Below are positions 31,651 through 41,530 of a DNA stretch of 64,000 nucleotides, one piece after another. Under the pieces are notes generated by a model. It saw only the letters and a program-made list of their open reading frames with translations, had not been told where the DNA came from and did no database searches. The stretch spans positions 1 through 64,000 of the forward strand of contig CAWJRJ010000020.1 of assembly GCA_963845245.1 (NCBI GenBank), written 5' to 3'. The position numbers and the translations under genes are program-made. Source of the stretch: Nitrospirota bacterium (GTDB lineage: Bacteria; Nitrospirota; JACRHJ01). Every line of letters starts with the position of its first letter. Positions within the stretch are counted from its first letter, which is position 1.

Positions 31651-33000
31651 TTAGCTTCCACTCACCGACAGCGGCTTCAGAAGTATACTCGGCGCGCCGA
31701 TGCGCCCGACCAGCCTCAAGTCAGAGCCGACGGTTTCCACTTCCGAGAACAAGCTGAGAATGTTGCCTGAGATTGCCGCCTCCCGGACAGGGTAGACGAC
31801 CTTCCCGCCTTCTATCCACTGGCCCGAGACGCCGACCGAGAAATCGCCGGATATCGGGTTCGCCGTGTGCATCCCGAGGACTTCCTGGACCATCAGCCCG
31901 CTCGACACACCGGATATGAGTTCATCCTTGGTCGCGTTCCCTTTTTCGATGTAGAGGTTGTTCGAGCCGACGGAAGGCTGGGAACGGAAGCCGCCGCGTA
32001 CCGCGTTGCCGGTGGAGACGCCGCCGGTCCTCTTGGCGGTGTATGCGTTATGCAGGAAGCCCGAAAACACGCCGTTTACGATAAGCGGAGTCCTGCGGCA
32101 GGGGATGCCCTCGTCGTCGAAGGACTTCGAGCCCGCGCCGCCGGGCAGAAGCCCGTCGTCGTATATGTTGATAAGAGGGGAGCAGACCTTCGCGCCGACC
32201 TTGCCCGCAAGAAGCGAACGGCCCTTGATGAGCGCGTCTGCGGAGAACGAGGCAGACAGGACGCCCAGGAACTCGGACGTCACGGTGTTCTCAAGGATGA
32301 CCGGATAAAGGCCGGTAGGCGACTTCTTCGCGCCGAGAAGGCCGATGGCCTGCCTTGCCGCGTTTGTGCCGACCCAGCCGTAGTCCATCTCACCCAGCCG
32401 CCTCTTGTAGTCGAACTCGTACCCCATCTGGGATTCGTGTTCTTCTTCCGCGACGGCCATTACCCCGCATGAGAAGTACGTCCCCCTTGAGGACACCTTT
32501 ATGCCGGACGAGCTGAGTATCACCCACTCGGCCTCGCTAAATGACGCGGAGGCCTTCCTTATACGCACGATGCGGGGGTCATAGGCGCGCGCTGCACGCT
32601 CCACCTCCATCGCATAATCTATTTTTTTCTGTTCCGGGACGCCGAGCGCACCCTCGTCGTATTCTTCAAAGTCCGGGTAGGCCGCATCAGGTTTGGAGGG
32701 TATGACATTGCCATCGTCCGGCTCGGAGTTGCCCGCGTTCTCGAATGCCTTTGCCGCCGCCTCTTTTACGGCATCCTCGGAGCCGGTGGAGTAGGCGAAG
32801 CCCATCCTGCCGTCCGCCAGCAGGACGCGTATCCCGACGCCCCATGTCTGCGACTCCTCGAATGCGTCCAGCTTCTGCTCCTTCACCTCGACGGATGTGG
32901 AGGACGAGCCACGGACGTATATCTCGAAACCGGCGGTATTATTGCCTGAGAGGGTCTCGGCCGCCTTCTCGGCGGTGGACATCAGTTTATTGTTTGTCAT
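31651..33000 (-). CDS. pmbA: TldD/PmbA family protein (PmbA/TldE type)
   Basis: GVGIRV..GRMGFA, FDDEG, STGNA.RG, HTANPISGDFS; no HExxxH. Confidence 0.88.
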   Translation of the reverse strand: MTNNKLMSTAEKAAETLSGNNTAGFEIYVRGSSSTSVEVKEQKLDAFEESQTWGVGIRVLLADGRMGFAYSTGSEDAVKEAAAKAFENAGNSEPDDGNVIPSKPDAAYPDFEEYDEGALGVPEQKKIDYAMEVERAARAYDPRIVRIRKASASFSEAEWVILSSSGIKVSSRGTYFSCGVMAVAEEEHESQMGYEFDYKRRLGEMDYGWVGTNAARQAIGLLGAKKSPTGLYPVILENTVTSEFLGVLSASFSADALIKGRSLLAGKVGAKVCSPLINIYDDGLLPGGAGSKSFDDEGIPCRRTPLIVNGVFSGFLHNAYTAKRTGGVSTGNAVRGGFRSQPSVGSNNLYIEKGNATKDELISGVSSGLMVQEVLGMHTANPISGDFSVGVSGQWIEGGKVVYPVREAAISGNILSLFSEVETVGSDLRLVGRIGAPSILLKPLSVSGS

Positions 33001-33003
33001 ATC

Positions 33004-33372
33004 TCACTCAGAGTAGCTTGCGGATGCGGTGTCCGATTCCCATATCCTGATGCTGGACACCTTGAGGTTGCCGTCGTTCAGCTTTTTTACAAGCCCGTCG
33101 TAGAGCCACTTGGCGATGTTCTCAGACGATGGGTTTATCTCGGTGAACGGGAATACGTCGTTGACGAAGGAATGCTCGAGCACCGACAGAAGCTCGTTGG
33201 TCGTGTCTTTGAGCACCTTGAAATCAATCGCAAGCCCGATATCGTTCAGGTTTTCCGCCGCCACATGTACTTCCACCTTCCAGTTGTGGCCGTGGAGCCT
33301 CTCGCACCTGCCGTTATAGTTGCGCAGCTGGTGAGCAGCAGCAAACTTCGTCTCAATCATCAATTCATACAT
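33004..33372 (-). CDS. queD: 6-carboxy-5,6,7,8-tetrahydropterin synthase
   Basis: FAAAHQL, CERLHGHNW, NPSSENIA, IWES. Confidence 0.95.
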   Translation of the reverse strand: MYELMIETKFAAAHQLRNYNGRCERLHGHNWKVEVHVAAENLNDIGLAIDFKVLKDTTNELLSVLEHSFVNDVFPFTEINPSSENIAKWLYDGLVKKLNDGNLKVSSIRIWESDTASASYSE

Positions 33373-33419
33373 TAATCCACCTCGAAGACTTATAGAATTA
33401 TTCCTGCCCGTATCGTCCT

Positions 33420-33448
33420 ACTATATTTTAAAAAGCCCGCTTAGTCAA
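33420..33448 (-). promoter_or_regulatory. Sigma70 promoter of queD-pmbA
   Basis: TTGACT-17-TATAGT. Confidence 0.6.
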
Positions 33449-33479
33449 GGAAATCAAAAATATATGTGATGTCAGAGCC

Positions 33480-33508
33480 TTGCAAAGGCACCCGCCGTCT
33501 GGTATATT
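33480..33508 (+). promoter_or_regulatory. Sigma70 promoter of the psiE-like operon
   Basis: TTGCAA-17-TATATT with extended TG. Confidence 0.55.
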
Positions 33509-33604
33509 TAATTAACGGTCGCAATGGGCCGTTTTGAATTGTATCCTGATGTTTTTAATGGTATATTGTCGTTCTTATCAACGGGAGAGGTGGGAGAGGA
33601 AGGA

Positions 33605-34060
33605 ATGACTGTTATGTTGCAAGAGAAGGGAAAGACTAGCAAGCTGGTCTGCACTGTCAGGAAGGCGCTAATCTATGCGGACGACGTGATCCACATCCTC
33701 GTTGCCCTGGCGTTGCTTGTCTCTGCAGTTTTAATGCTCATCTTCACCGCGACCAACTTCCAGGACATGTCGGTATCATCCACACTGCTGGTGATAAACG
33801 ACGTACTGTTCGTCCTTATCATTATGGAGCTTCTCTGGACGGTCATAAGGTACCTCAAACGCCAGGAGTTCTCGTTGAAGCCGTTCCTGGCGATAGGCAT
33901 AATCTCAAGTCTGAGGCGCATACTTATGCTCGAGGCCCAGATGTCGATGACGGACCATACCGATTCTACCAAGCTGATGGAGCTTGGCATAAGCACCGGG
34001 ATCGTGTTCGTACTGGTCATTGCATACTACCTCATGCACAAAACCGAGAAACCGGTCTGA
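33605..34060 (+). CDS. PsiE-family membrane protein
   Basis: LFVLIIMELLWTV..PFLAIGIISSLRRIL. Confidence 0.85.
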   Translation: MTVMLQEKGKTSKLVCTVRKALIYADDVIHILVALALLVSAVLMLIFTATNFQDMSVSSTLLVINDVLFVLIIMELLWTVIRYLKRQEFSLKPFLAIGIISSLRRILMLEAQMSMTDHTDSTKLMELGISTGIVFVLVIAYYLMHKTEKPV

Positions 34061-34076
34061 TGGAGATTTCTGGATC

Positions 34077-34469
34077 ATGATGGGCGAGATATTAGGGCTC
34101 CTGACAAAATGGTTGGTCAACTCTCTTGCGCTTTTCGCGGCTGACTACCTTGTCAGAGGCATAATTATATACGACTTCTGGTCCGGGCTTGCCGCGGCCG
34201 CGCTCCTTGGGATAGTCAATGCGATCATCAGGCCCGTATTAATTCTTCTCACGCTACCTATAAACATCATGACACTGGGCCTTTTTACGCTGGTAATAAA
34301 CGCCTTCATGCTGAAGCTTGTGGCATGGCTGGTAGGTGGCATTACAATCAACGGTTTCTGGGCTGCCTTCTGGGGGGCGCTCGTGATAAGCCTGGTAAGC
34401 TGGTTCCTTAGCCTGTTTTTTGATTCGAGGCTGAAGGTGAGCGTGATCAGGCGCGGAGGCCGCCGCTAA
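34077..34469 (+). CDS. YvlD/DUF360 (holin-family-like) membrane protein
   Basis: NAIIRPVLILLTLPINIMTLGLFTLVINA; GFWAAFWGA. Confidence 0.9.
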   Translation: MMGEILGLLTKWLVNSLALFAADYLVRGIIIYDFWSGLAAAALLGIVNAIIRPVLILLTLPINIMTLGLFTLVINAFMLKLVAWLVGGITINGFWAAFWGALVISLVSWFLSLFFDSRLKVSVIRRGGRR

Positions 34470-35171
34470 TGTCCCACCTGCATATCCCTGACGGGCTGCT
34501 GCCGGTTTGGCTCTGGGTGGCCGGGCTTGTAGCCGCATCGGTAGTTGTCGGTTTTTCGCTCTTCATGCTTCGCAACGTCGACCTGCGGAAGAAGATACCG
34601 CTTCTCGGCATGATGTCGGCCATGATGCTTGTGGGCATGAGCATCGAGGTGGTGCCCTACCACCTTAACCTCTCCGTGATAACCGGCATAATACTCGGCC
34701 CGTGGCTTGCCATGGTTGCCGCGCTCATCGTCAACCTGTTCCTGGCGCTGGTCGGGCACGGTGGAGTTACGGTCGTGGGGCTGAATACGCTGGTAATCGG
34801 GTTCGAGGGTGTCATGGGGTATATCCTGTTTTCCGTATTCAGGAAGGCACTTAAGCCTGCGCTGTCCGCCGCCGTCCGCAACCTTCCTTACCCTTTTTAT
34901 GTCTACGTGCCTAATGCTGCTCATTGTTTTTCTCGGGAACGTCGACCTGAACATTGCCTCGACCGGGGAACTCAGGGAGGTTATGGAGAGCACACCCGCC
35001 GGGTTCGCAAAACACATAGTCTATTCGGGCGGCGGTTTCAATTTTAAATTCTTCGCTATAGCGTCTTTTGCCATGGGGCTGATCGGGTGGACTATTGAGG
35101 CCGTTGTCACTGCATTCGCGGTAGCGTTCATCGACAAGGTTAAACCCGACATAATCGGCAGGCGGAGCTGA
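34469..35171 (+). CDS. cbiM: ECF Ni/Co transporter S component CbiM/NikM; +1 frameshift near 34875
   Basis: HIPDG, YHLNL, LVGHGGVTVVGLN; C-terminal IEAVVT..KVKPD. Confidence 0.88.
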
Positions 35172-35173
35172 CC

Positions 35174-35972
35174 GTGGACATTGCCAGGATAGACTACTGG
35201 GCCGCATCCGGCGTAAGCACAATGCACAAGGCCTCAGTGCCCTCGAAGGTACTGGCGACTGCGGCCGTGATAGCGACGGTGATCGTCGGTTCTTACCTCC
35301 CGCTCCTTGCCGCGCTTTACCTCATGGTACTTATATCCGTCAGGGCTGCGGGCCTACCTGTGGTCAAGGTAATGGTAATATCCGTCCTGCCTGGGCTCTT
35401 CACGCTTCTCTTTGCGCTTGAGCAAGCTCGGGGGCGGCCTGCTTATCCCGGTAACCATCCTCCTGAAGGCCTTTACGGCGGCTTCCGCAATGATACTTCT
35501 TCTATCGACAACGCCCTACAACGACATATTGGGCTTTGTGAGCAAGGTGATGCCGAGGGTGCTTCGGGACGGGCTCTTCATGACCTACCGTTCCTTCTTT
35601 ATACTTTTTCAGCTGATGGCCAATTTTATTACCGCACTGAGGTTAAGAGGCGGGTTCCAGCCCAAGAGGTTCTGGCGGAACTCGGGCAACATCGGCTCCG
35701 GCGTGGGGATACTTTTCATACATGCCTATGACAAGTCCCAGAGGCTCTACGACGTGATGTCCATACGCGGTTATTCTGGAAGGTTGAGCGGGACGCATAG
35801 ATACCGTGCGGTTTCTGTTAACGACCTGCCGTACTTGCTGGCAGCGGCTGTTTTTCTAGGCGAGGCGGCATATGCAATGCAGTCCGGCAGGCAGGGCAGT
35901 CTGTATACGTTTGGCATACTGCTCATCGTTTACGCGTTTACTTTGGAGGTCTTACCGGTTTGGAAGAGATAG
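35174..35972 (+). CDS. cbiQ: ECF transmembrane component CbiQ/NikQ; +1 frameshift near 35418
   Basis: STTP, MTYR, ALRLRG and MSIRGY coupling motifs. Confidence 0.85.
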
Positions 35973-36812
35973 TTAGGATAAGCTGCGTGGAGCACGTCTA
36001 CCCGGACTCCACCCAGGTCAAGCTCTGCGGCCTCGATTTTGTCGTCAGAGACGGCGACCGGGTCGTCATAATCGGCCCGAACGGGAGCGGCAAGACCACA
36101 CTCCTTTTTCATATACTGGGGATACTCAAGCCAAACCAGGGCTCGGTGCGGGTTTTCGGCCAGGACCCTGCGAAGGATTATGATAAAATAAGGGAGAAGA
36201 TAGGGGTGGTGCTCCAGAACGTGGAGGAGCAGATAATCGCGCCCACGGTCGAAGACGACGTCTCGTTCTCGCCCCGGAATTACGGGTACAGCCCGGAAGA
36301 CACAGAGAAGCTTGTCGGACTGGCTCTCGACGAGCTTGGCATAAGTCATGTCAGAAAGAAGATATGTCATTACCTGAGCGGTGGGGAGAAGAGGAAGGTG
36401 GCGCTTGCGGGCGCCCTGGTGCTGAAGCCTAAATTGCTGGTGCTGGACGAGCCCTTCGAGGGGCTCGACCCGATGTCCCGCCGCGAACTTATAGAGCTTC
36501 TAAACCGGCTCAACAAAGAATGGGGCATGGCGATCATCATGTCGACCCACGATATAAACATAGTAAGCCAGATGGCGGATTACGTATATGTGCTCGGACC
36601 GGGCGGACAGATACTGCTGCGGGATACGTCCGGCTGACATTTTTGCGAGGACGGACTTTTACAGGCAGGCCCGGCTCGATTTCCCCATACTGGTCGAGCT
36701 TTTCAAGGAGCTACGGGAAAGGGGCGCCGTGTTGACGATCCCTGCCGATATGAACGACGCCGTGGAACAGCTTGCGAGGCTGATGAAATCCAGGCAGGAC
36801 AGCGGTATATAA
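35960..36812 (+). CDS. cbiO: ECF ATPase CbiO/NikO; +1 frameshift near 36628
   Basis: GPNGSGKTT, QNVEEQI, LSGGEKRK, LDEP, STHD. Confidence 0.88.
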
Positions 36813-36828
36813 ATCAAGGAGTCGGCCT

Positions 36829-37017
36829 ATGTGCGAGACTAATGCATATTTAAAGAGCGGGGGGAGCGACGAGCTGTTCCTCGAGAGCCTGGCCAGGGTA
36901 GAGGTTGACGGCGATATGCTATACCTGACAAGCATATTCGGCGATAAAAAAACCGTGAACGGCCGCATTCTGGAGATTAATTTTCAGGGCGGCAAGATTA
37001 TCCTTGAAAGGATCTGA
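36829..37017 (+). CDS. cooT: CooT-family nickel-binding protein
   Basis: MCETNAY..L.SIFG..I.EINF; 62 aa with Cys2. Confidence 0.85.
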   Translation: MCETNAYLKSGGSDELFLESLARVEVDGDMLYLTSIFGDKKTVNGRILEINFQGGKIILERI

Positions 37018-37026
37018 CCCAGAGGC

Positions 37027-38719
37027 ATGCGTCTAAGAATAGGCGAACTGCTCTTAAAAGAAAAATTAATCAACCAGAAACAGCTGGACGAGGCCCTTGC
37101 CGCCGCCAGGAAGAACAAGAAGCGGTTGGGCAAGGTACTGGTCGAGGCCGGCCACCTGACCGATTCCCAGCTTGTCAAAGCGCTTTCCCGCCAGCTTAAA
37201 GTCCCGTTGGCGGACGTCAAGAATGCGCGTTATAGATAAAAAAATCCTCTCCCTGATAGTCCAGCAGGACGCCGAAAAATACCTGATACTCCCGCTTGGC
37301 CTTGAATCAAAAAAACTTAAAGTCGCAATGGCGGACCCTCTTGCTTATGAGGTTATAGAGGGTATAAGGTTCAAGACCGGACTGGCCATCATGCCGTTTA
37401 TCGCCTCGGAGTCTGCGATAATCGACGCAATTGAAAAGCATTACCAGGTCGAGGTCAAGGCGTTCCACCTGATGAACTCGATCCAGACCTACGACGACGC
37501 CGAATTTCTGAAAGACAGGGCCGAGGACAGGGTCGTCAATGTCGAATCCCTTTACAAACTCAGCGAGACCCCGCCGATAATACAGCTTGTCACTATGATG
37601 ATAGTCGAGGCGGTGAAGATGCGCGCCTCGGATATACATGTGGAGCCGCGCGAGGGGAATGTTGCTGTAAGGTACAGGGTTGACGGCGATATGAGGGACG
37701 TCCTGACCATCCCGACGCGCATAAAGGATTACGTGACATCAAGGATAAAGATAATCGCCGACATGGACATCACCAACAGGAGGCTTCCACAGGACGGGAC
37801 AAGCAAGCTCAAGCTCTCGGACCGCGAGGTGGACCTTCGTATCTCGACCCTGCCGTCGCTTTACGGCGAGAAGGTGGTCATCAGGCTTCTTGATAAAAGC
37901 AAGGGGCTTGTAGGGCTTTCAGAGATCGGGTTCCCGCAGAAGATCGAGGAGGCCCTGCTGAAAATACTTGCCCGCCCGCAGGGGCTGGTGCTTGTGACTG
38001 GGCCCACCGGGAGCGGAAAATCGACCACGCTCTATGCAGTGCTCCAACAGACAAAATCCGACAAGGACAACATAATCACGATAGAAGACCCTGTGGAATA
38101 CAGGCTGCACGGCGTAACGCAGGTGGGGATAAACGAGGCCATAGGGCTCACTTTCCCGTCGATATTGCGCTCAGTCCTGAGGCAGGACCCGGACATAATA
38201 ATGGTAGGCGAGGTGCGCGACCTGGAGACCGGCGATATCGCGATGAAGGCCTCTCTTACGGGCCATCTCGTACTGACGACGCTCCATACCAACGACACCG
38301 TTTCTAGCGTGACCAGGCTTGTGGACCTCGGCGTACCGCCGTTCCTGGTTGCTTCATCCATAAGTTGCATACTGGCACAGAGGCTGGTGAAAAGGATATG
38401 CCCACATTGCAGGAAGCCGGAGAAGATATCAGGGATCGCTGCCGGGTTCAAAAACCTTAAGCAGACCTACAGGGGAGCCGGCTGCCACAAGTGCTACAAC
38501 ACCGGGTATTACGGTCAGGCTGGGGTTTTCGAGTTTCTGCCGCTCGATGCCAAGATCAGGCAGATGATAACGTCCAGGGCGTCGGAGCCGGAACTGCGCG
38601 CAGAGGCCAGGGTGCGGGGGTTCAGGACGCTTTTCGAGGATGCGGTGGAAAAGGTAAATGCTGGTGTTACCACGATCGAAGAGGCGCTTTTAAAAGTCCC
38701 TCTCGATGAACTGCACTAA
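37027..38719 (+). CDS. GspE/PilB-family assembly ATPase; +1 frameshift near 37228
   Basis: RIGELL/LGKVLV MshEN-like N-terminus, ASDIHVEP, PQDG, GPTGSGKSTT, TIEDPVE, LRQDPD, two CxxC. Confidence 0.9.
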
Positions 38720-39393
38720 ACCAGAAGCCCGTCCACCATCCGGATGACCCTGTCGGCTTGCCGTGCTAGTTTCTCGTTGTGCGTGACGATCACAAACGTA
38801 ATACCCTTTGTCTTGTTTATCTCCATGAGCAGGCTATGCACGGAGTCGGCGGTCTTGGTGTCCAGGTTTCCCGTCGGCTCATCCGCAAGTATGACGGACG
38901 GCTCAACCATGAGCGCGCGTGCGATTGCCACCCGCTGTTGTTCGCCGCCTGACAGTTCACCCGGCCTGTGTATGTAACGCTCGCCCAGCCCGACCTCGTC
39001 AAGTATCGCACGTGCGCGCTTCTCCGCCTGGGCAGGAGGAGTACCTTTAATCTTTGAAGGGAGGAGCACGTTTTCCAGCGCGCTGAACTCCGGCAGCAGA
39101 TGGTGGAACTGGAAGACGAAGCCTATCGAAGAGTTTCTGAATGCGGCAAGCTCTTTGTCTCCATGAGTAAAGACGTCCTGTCCGTTATATAGGACGCTTC
39201 CAGCGCTTGGCTTGTCGAGTGTGCCGAGTATGTGCAGGAACGTACTTTTGCCTACGCCAGACTCGCCCACTACCGAGACCACTTCGCCTTTTTCTATGTC
39301 GAGGTCGATGCCGTTAAGTATGTTTATCTCGGAAGGTCCGATTTTAAAACTCTTCCGGAGCCCTCTGACGCTGATGTGTGGTGCAGGGGTCAT
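38716..39393 (-). CDS. lolD: Lipoprotein-releasing ABC ATPase LolD
   Basis: GESGVGKST, GFVFQFHHLLPEFSALENV, LSGGEQQR, DEPTGNLD. Confidence 0.92.
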   Translation of the reverse strand: MTPAPHISVRGLRKSFKIGPSEINILNGIDLDIEKGEVVSVVGESGVGKSTFLHILGTLDKPSAGSVLYNGQDVFTHGDKELAAFRNSSIGFVFQFHHLLPEFSALENVLLPSKIKGTPPAQAEKRARAILDEVGLGERYIHRPGELSGGEQQRVAIARALMVEPSVILADEPTGNLDTKTADSVHSLLMEINKTKGITFVIVTHNEKLARQADRVIRMVDGLLV

Positions 39394-39653
39394 TTACCCG
39401 TCACCTTGTCGACCAGGTCTTTTTTCACGTCTTTTGCAGCCGCTTTCATACCCTGTTTTATATCGTCCGCCTTCCCGCCTATTTCGCCGGATTTTTTCTT
39501 CACGGCTTCACCGGCTGTCTCTGTCTTTGCGCCAAACCAGCGAAACCCGCTTCCGCCGAAAAAGAATATGAATGCCGAGAGCCCGATGATGGACAGTACA
39601 CTTATAAGAAGGACCCTTTTAATTTTTTTAATCTTTTTTCCCGATTTCGCCAT
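39390..39653 (-). CDS. Hypothetical single-TM basic protein
   Basis: 87 aa, overlaps both neighbours inside the lol operon. Confidence 0.7.
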   Translation of the reverse strand: MAKSGKKIKKIKRVLLISVLSIIGLSAFIFFFGGSGFRWFGAKTETAGEAVKKKSGEIGGKADDIKQGMKAAAKDVKKDLVDKVTGK

Positions 39654-40287
39654 TTGTCTTATCCTTCATCTTCTTCTGTATATTCTTTAGCACGACCATG
39701 AAATTGTCATCTACCAACCCGTCCCTGGCTCCGACCTCCAGCGCCTTGCCGAGCAGGGTGGTCAGGCCGGGTATGGTTTCTTCCTCGGGCTTTATAGGAG
39801 GGAGGATCACTATCCTGGACACGTCGCCTCCGGTTATTATATTCTGGCCATATCCGTCGGTTATGACATCCACCTGGTCGAGCATCAGGTTTACCTTGCC
39901 CAGTATGCCCTTACTGTCGCTGGAAAGTACCACCTTCTGGATTAGCCCGTTCCGCAGTTTCACGTTTACCGGCTGTCCCCCTTCCTCAATCGGCAGGAAC
40001 TGAAGCTCTACTATGTCGCCCATCTGATATTGGTACAGGTTTTTTTCTATCCTGCCATATACGATATCGAAGTCATACCTGAATACCGGAGAGATCGCCG
40101 GAAGCTTCCAGCTTGTCCTGATTGTAATTATACCCTCGCGCTCTGCGCCGCTGTGTTTGTAGACTATGCCTCTGAGCAGGTTTCCGGTGCCAGAAGTGAA
40201 CTTTGTCTCATCACCCGCGCAAAACGCGTTCGGGGCGAGCGCCAGGACCAGGACCAATGCTACTGCGGCTGCTTTTAGACGGGCCAT
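39628..40287 (-). CDS. Hypothetical exported protein
   Basis: GGAGGA SD, signal peptide MARLKAAAVALVLVLALAPNAFC. Confidence 0.75.
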   Translation of the reverse strand: MARLKAAAVALVLVLALAPNAFCAGDETKFTSGTGNLLRGIVYKHSGAEREGIITIRTSWKLPAISPVFRYDFDIVYGRIEKNLYQYQMGDIVELQFLPIEEGGQPVNVKLRNGLIQKVVLSSDSKGILGKVNLMLDQVDVITDGYGQNIITGGDVSRIVILPPIKPEEETIPGLTTLLGKALEVGARDGLVDDNFMVVLKNIQKKMKDKTNGEIGKKD

Positions 40288-40303
40288 TTTTCCTCCTGCT
40301 TTG

Positions 40304-41530
40304 TTATTCGTACCGTAACGCCTCAAGCGGGTCCAGTTTTGCGGCCTGCCACGAAGGGTAAAGCGTGGCGGTGAAGCTGATGATTATGGCCGCCGCCGAG
40401 ACCGCGACGAATTCCACCGGGTCCATACGCACCGGCAGGTGGTTTATGTAGTAGATGTCGCTGGGCAGGTTTATCAGGTTCGTCTTCTGGACCAGAAGGC
40501 ATATCGCGTATCCCGACACGAGCCCGATTACCGTGCCCACCACGCCGATCACCGTACCGTTTATCATAAAAATCTTCATTATTCCGGCGCGGGTCGCGCC
40601 CATGGACTTGAGTATCGCTATCTCACGCGCCTTCTCTATCACGATCATTATCAGGGTGCTGACGATATTGAAAGAGGCGACGAGTATGATGAGCACGAGT
40701 ATGACGAACATCGTCAGTTTTTCAAGCTTGAGCGCGGAGAAGAGGTTGCGGTTCATCTGTACCCAGTCCCTTGCGTGGTACGGGAAGCCGAGTGTGTCCT
40801 GTATCTGTTTTGCCAGGACGCCTGAACGGTCAAGGTCGTCGATTTTTATCTCGATACCCGTAACCACCGGACCCATGCCGAAGAACTTCTGCGCCTGCGG
40901 GATGGATATATACGCAAGCTTCGAGTCGTACTCGTACATACCGGTATCGAATATGCCTTTTATCACGAACTCCTGGAGCTTGGGGGCCATCCCCAGCGGC
41001 GTCATCGAGCCGAACGGGGAGACTACCCGCACCTTGTCGCCTATGGACGCGTTCAGCATCAGGGACAGCTCTTTCCCGATCACGATATAGGGTTTGTCCT
41101 CGTCGGGCTTCAGGTAGTCGAGGCTGCCTTTGACGATATTTCTGCGAAGCTCGGTTACCTTGCCTATCGTGGACGGGTCTATGCCCTTCAGTACAATGCC
41201 GGACACTCCGGATGGTGAGGTGAGCATGACCTCGTTATAGGTGAACGGGGTTGCGGATACAATATGCGGGACCTTGGACAGTTTGTCCAGTACACCCTTG
41301 ATATCCGTTATGCCCTTGTCGTTGTATGAGGTGAGTATTATCGGCGAGTTCGTGCCGAGTATCTTCTGTTTAAGGTCGTTCTCAAACCCGCTCATTACCG
41401 AAAGGACTACGATGAGGGTCATAACGCCCAGCGCAACCCCGCCGATGGATATGAGCGTATTGAGGGAAAGCGGGGCGCTTTTGTGCTTGCCCTTCAGGTA
41501 CCTCAACGCCACAAAGAAAGAGTAAGACAT
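40304..41530 (-). CDS. lolE: Lipoprotein-releasing ABC permease LolC/E
   Basis: VALRYL, VLSVMSGF, GMYEYD, REIAILKSMGA, IYYINHLP, ALRYE. Confidence 0.92.
   Translation of the reverse strand: MSYSFFVALRYLKGKHKSAPLSLNTLISIGGVALGVMTLIVVLSVMSGFENDLKQKILGTNSPIILTSYNDKGITDIKGVLDKLSKVPHIVSATPFTYNEVMLTSPSGVSGIVLKGIDPSTIGKVTELRRNIVKGSLDYLKPDEDKPYIVIGKELSLMLNASIGDKVRVVSPFGSMTPLGMAPKLQEFVIKGIFDTGMYEYDSKLAYISIPQAQKFFGMGPVVTGIEIKIDDLDRSGVLAKQIQDTLGFPYHARDWVQMNRNLFSALKLEKLTMFVILVLIILVASFNIVSTLIMIVIEKAREIAILKSMGATRAGIMKIFMINGTVIGVVGTVIGLVSGYAICLLVQKTNLINLPSDIYYINHLPVRMDPVEFVAVSAAAIIISFTATLYPSWQAAKLDPLEALRYE

Noticed and set aside
33373..33420. preQ1 riboswitch upstream of queD
   Set aside because: No P1 stem with the conserved loop and A-rich tail is visible in the short leader
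34077..34469. Prophage inferred from the holin-family label
   Set aside because: YvlD/DUF360 is a common chromosomal family, and no phage genes are nearby
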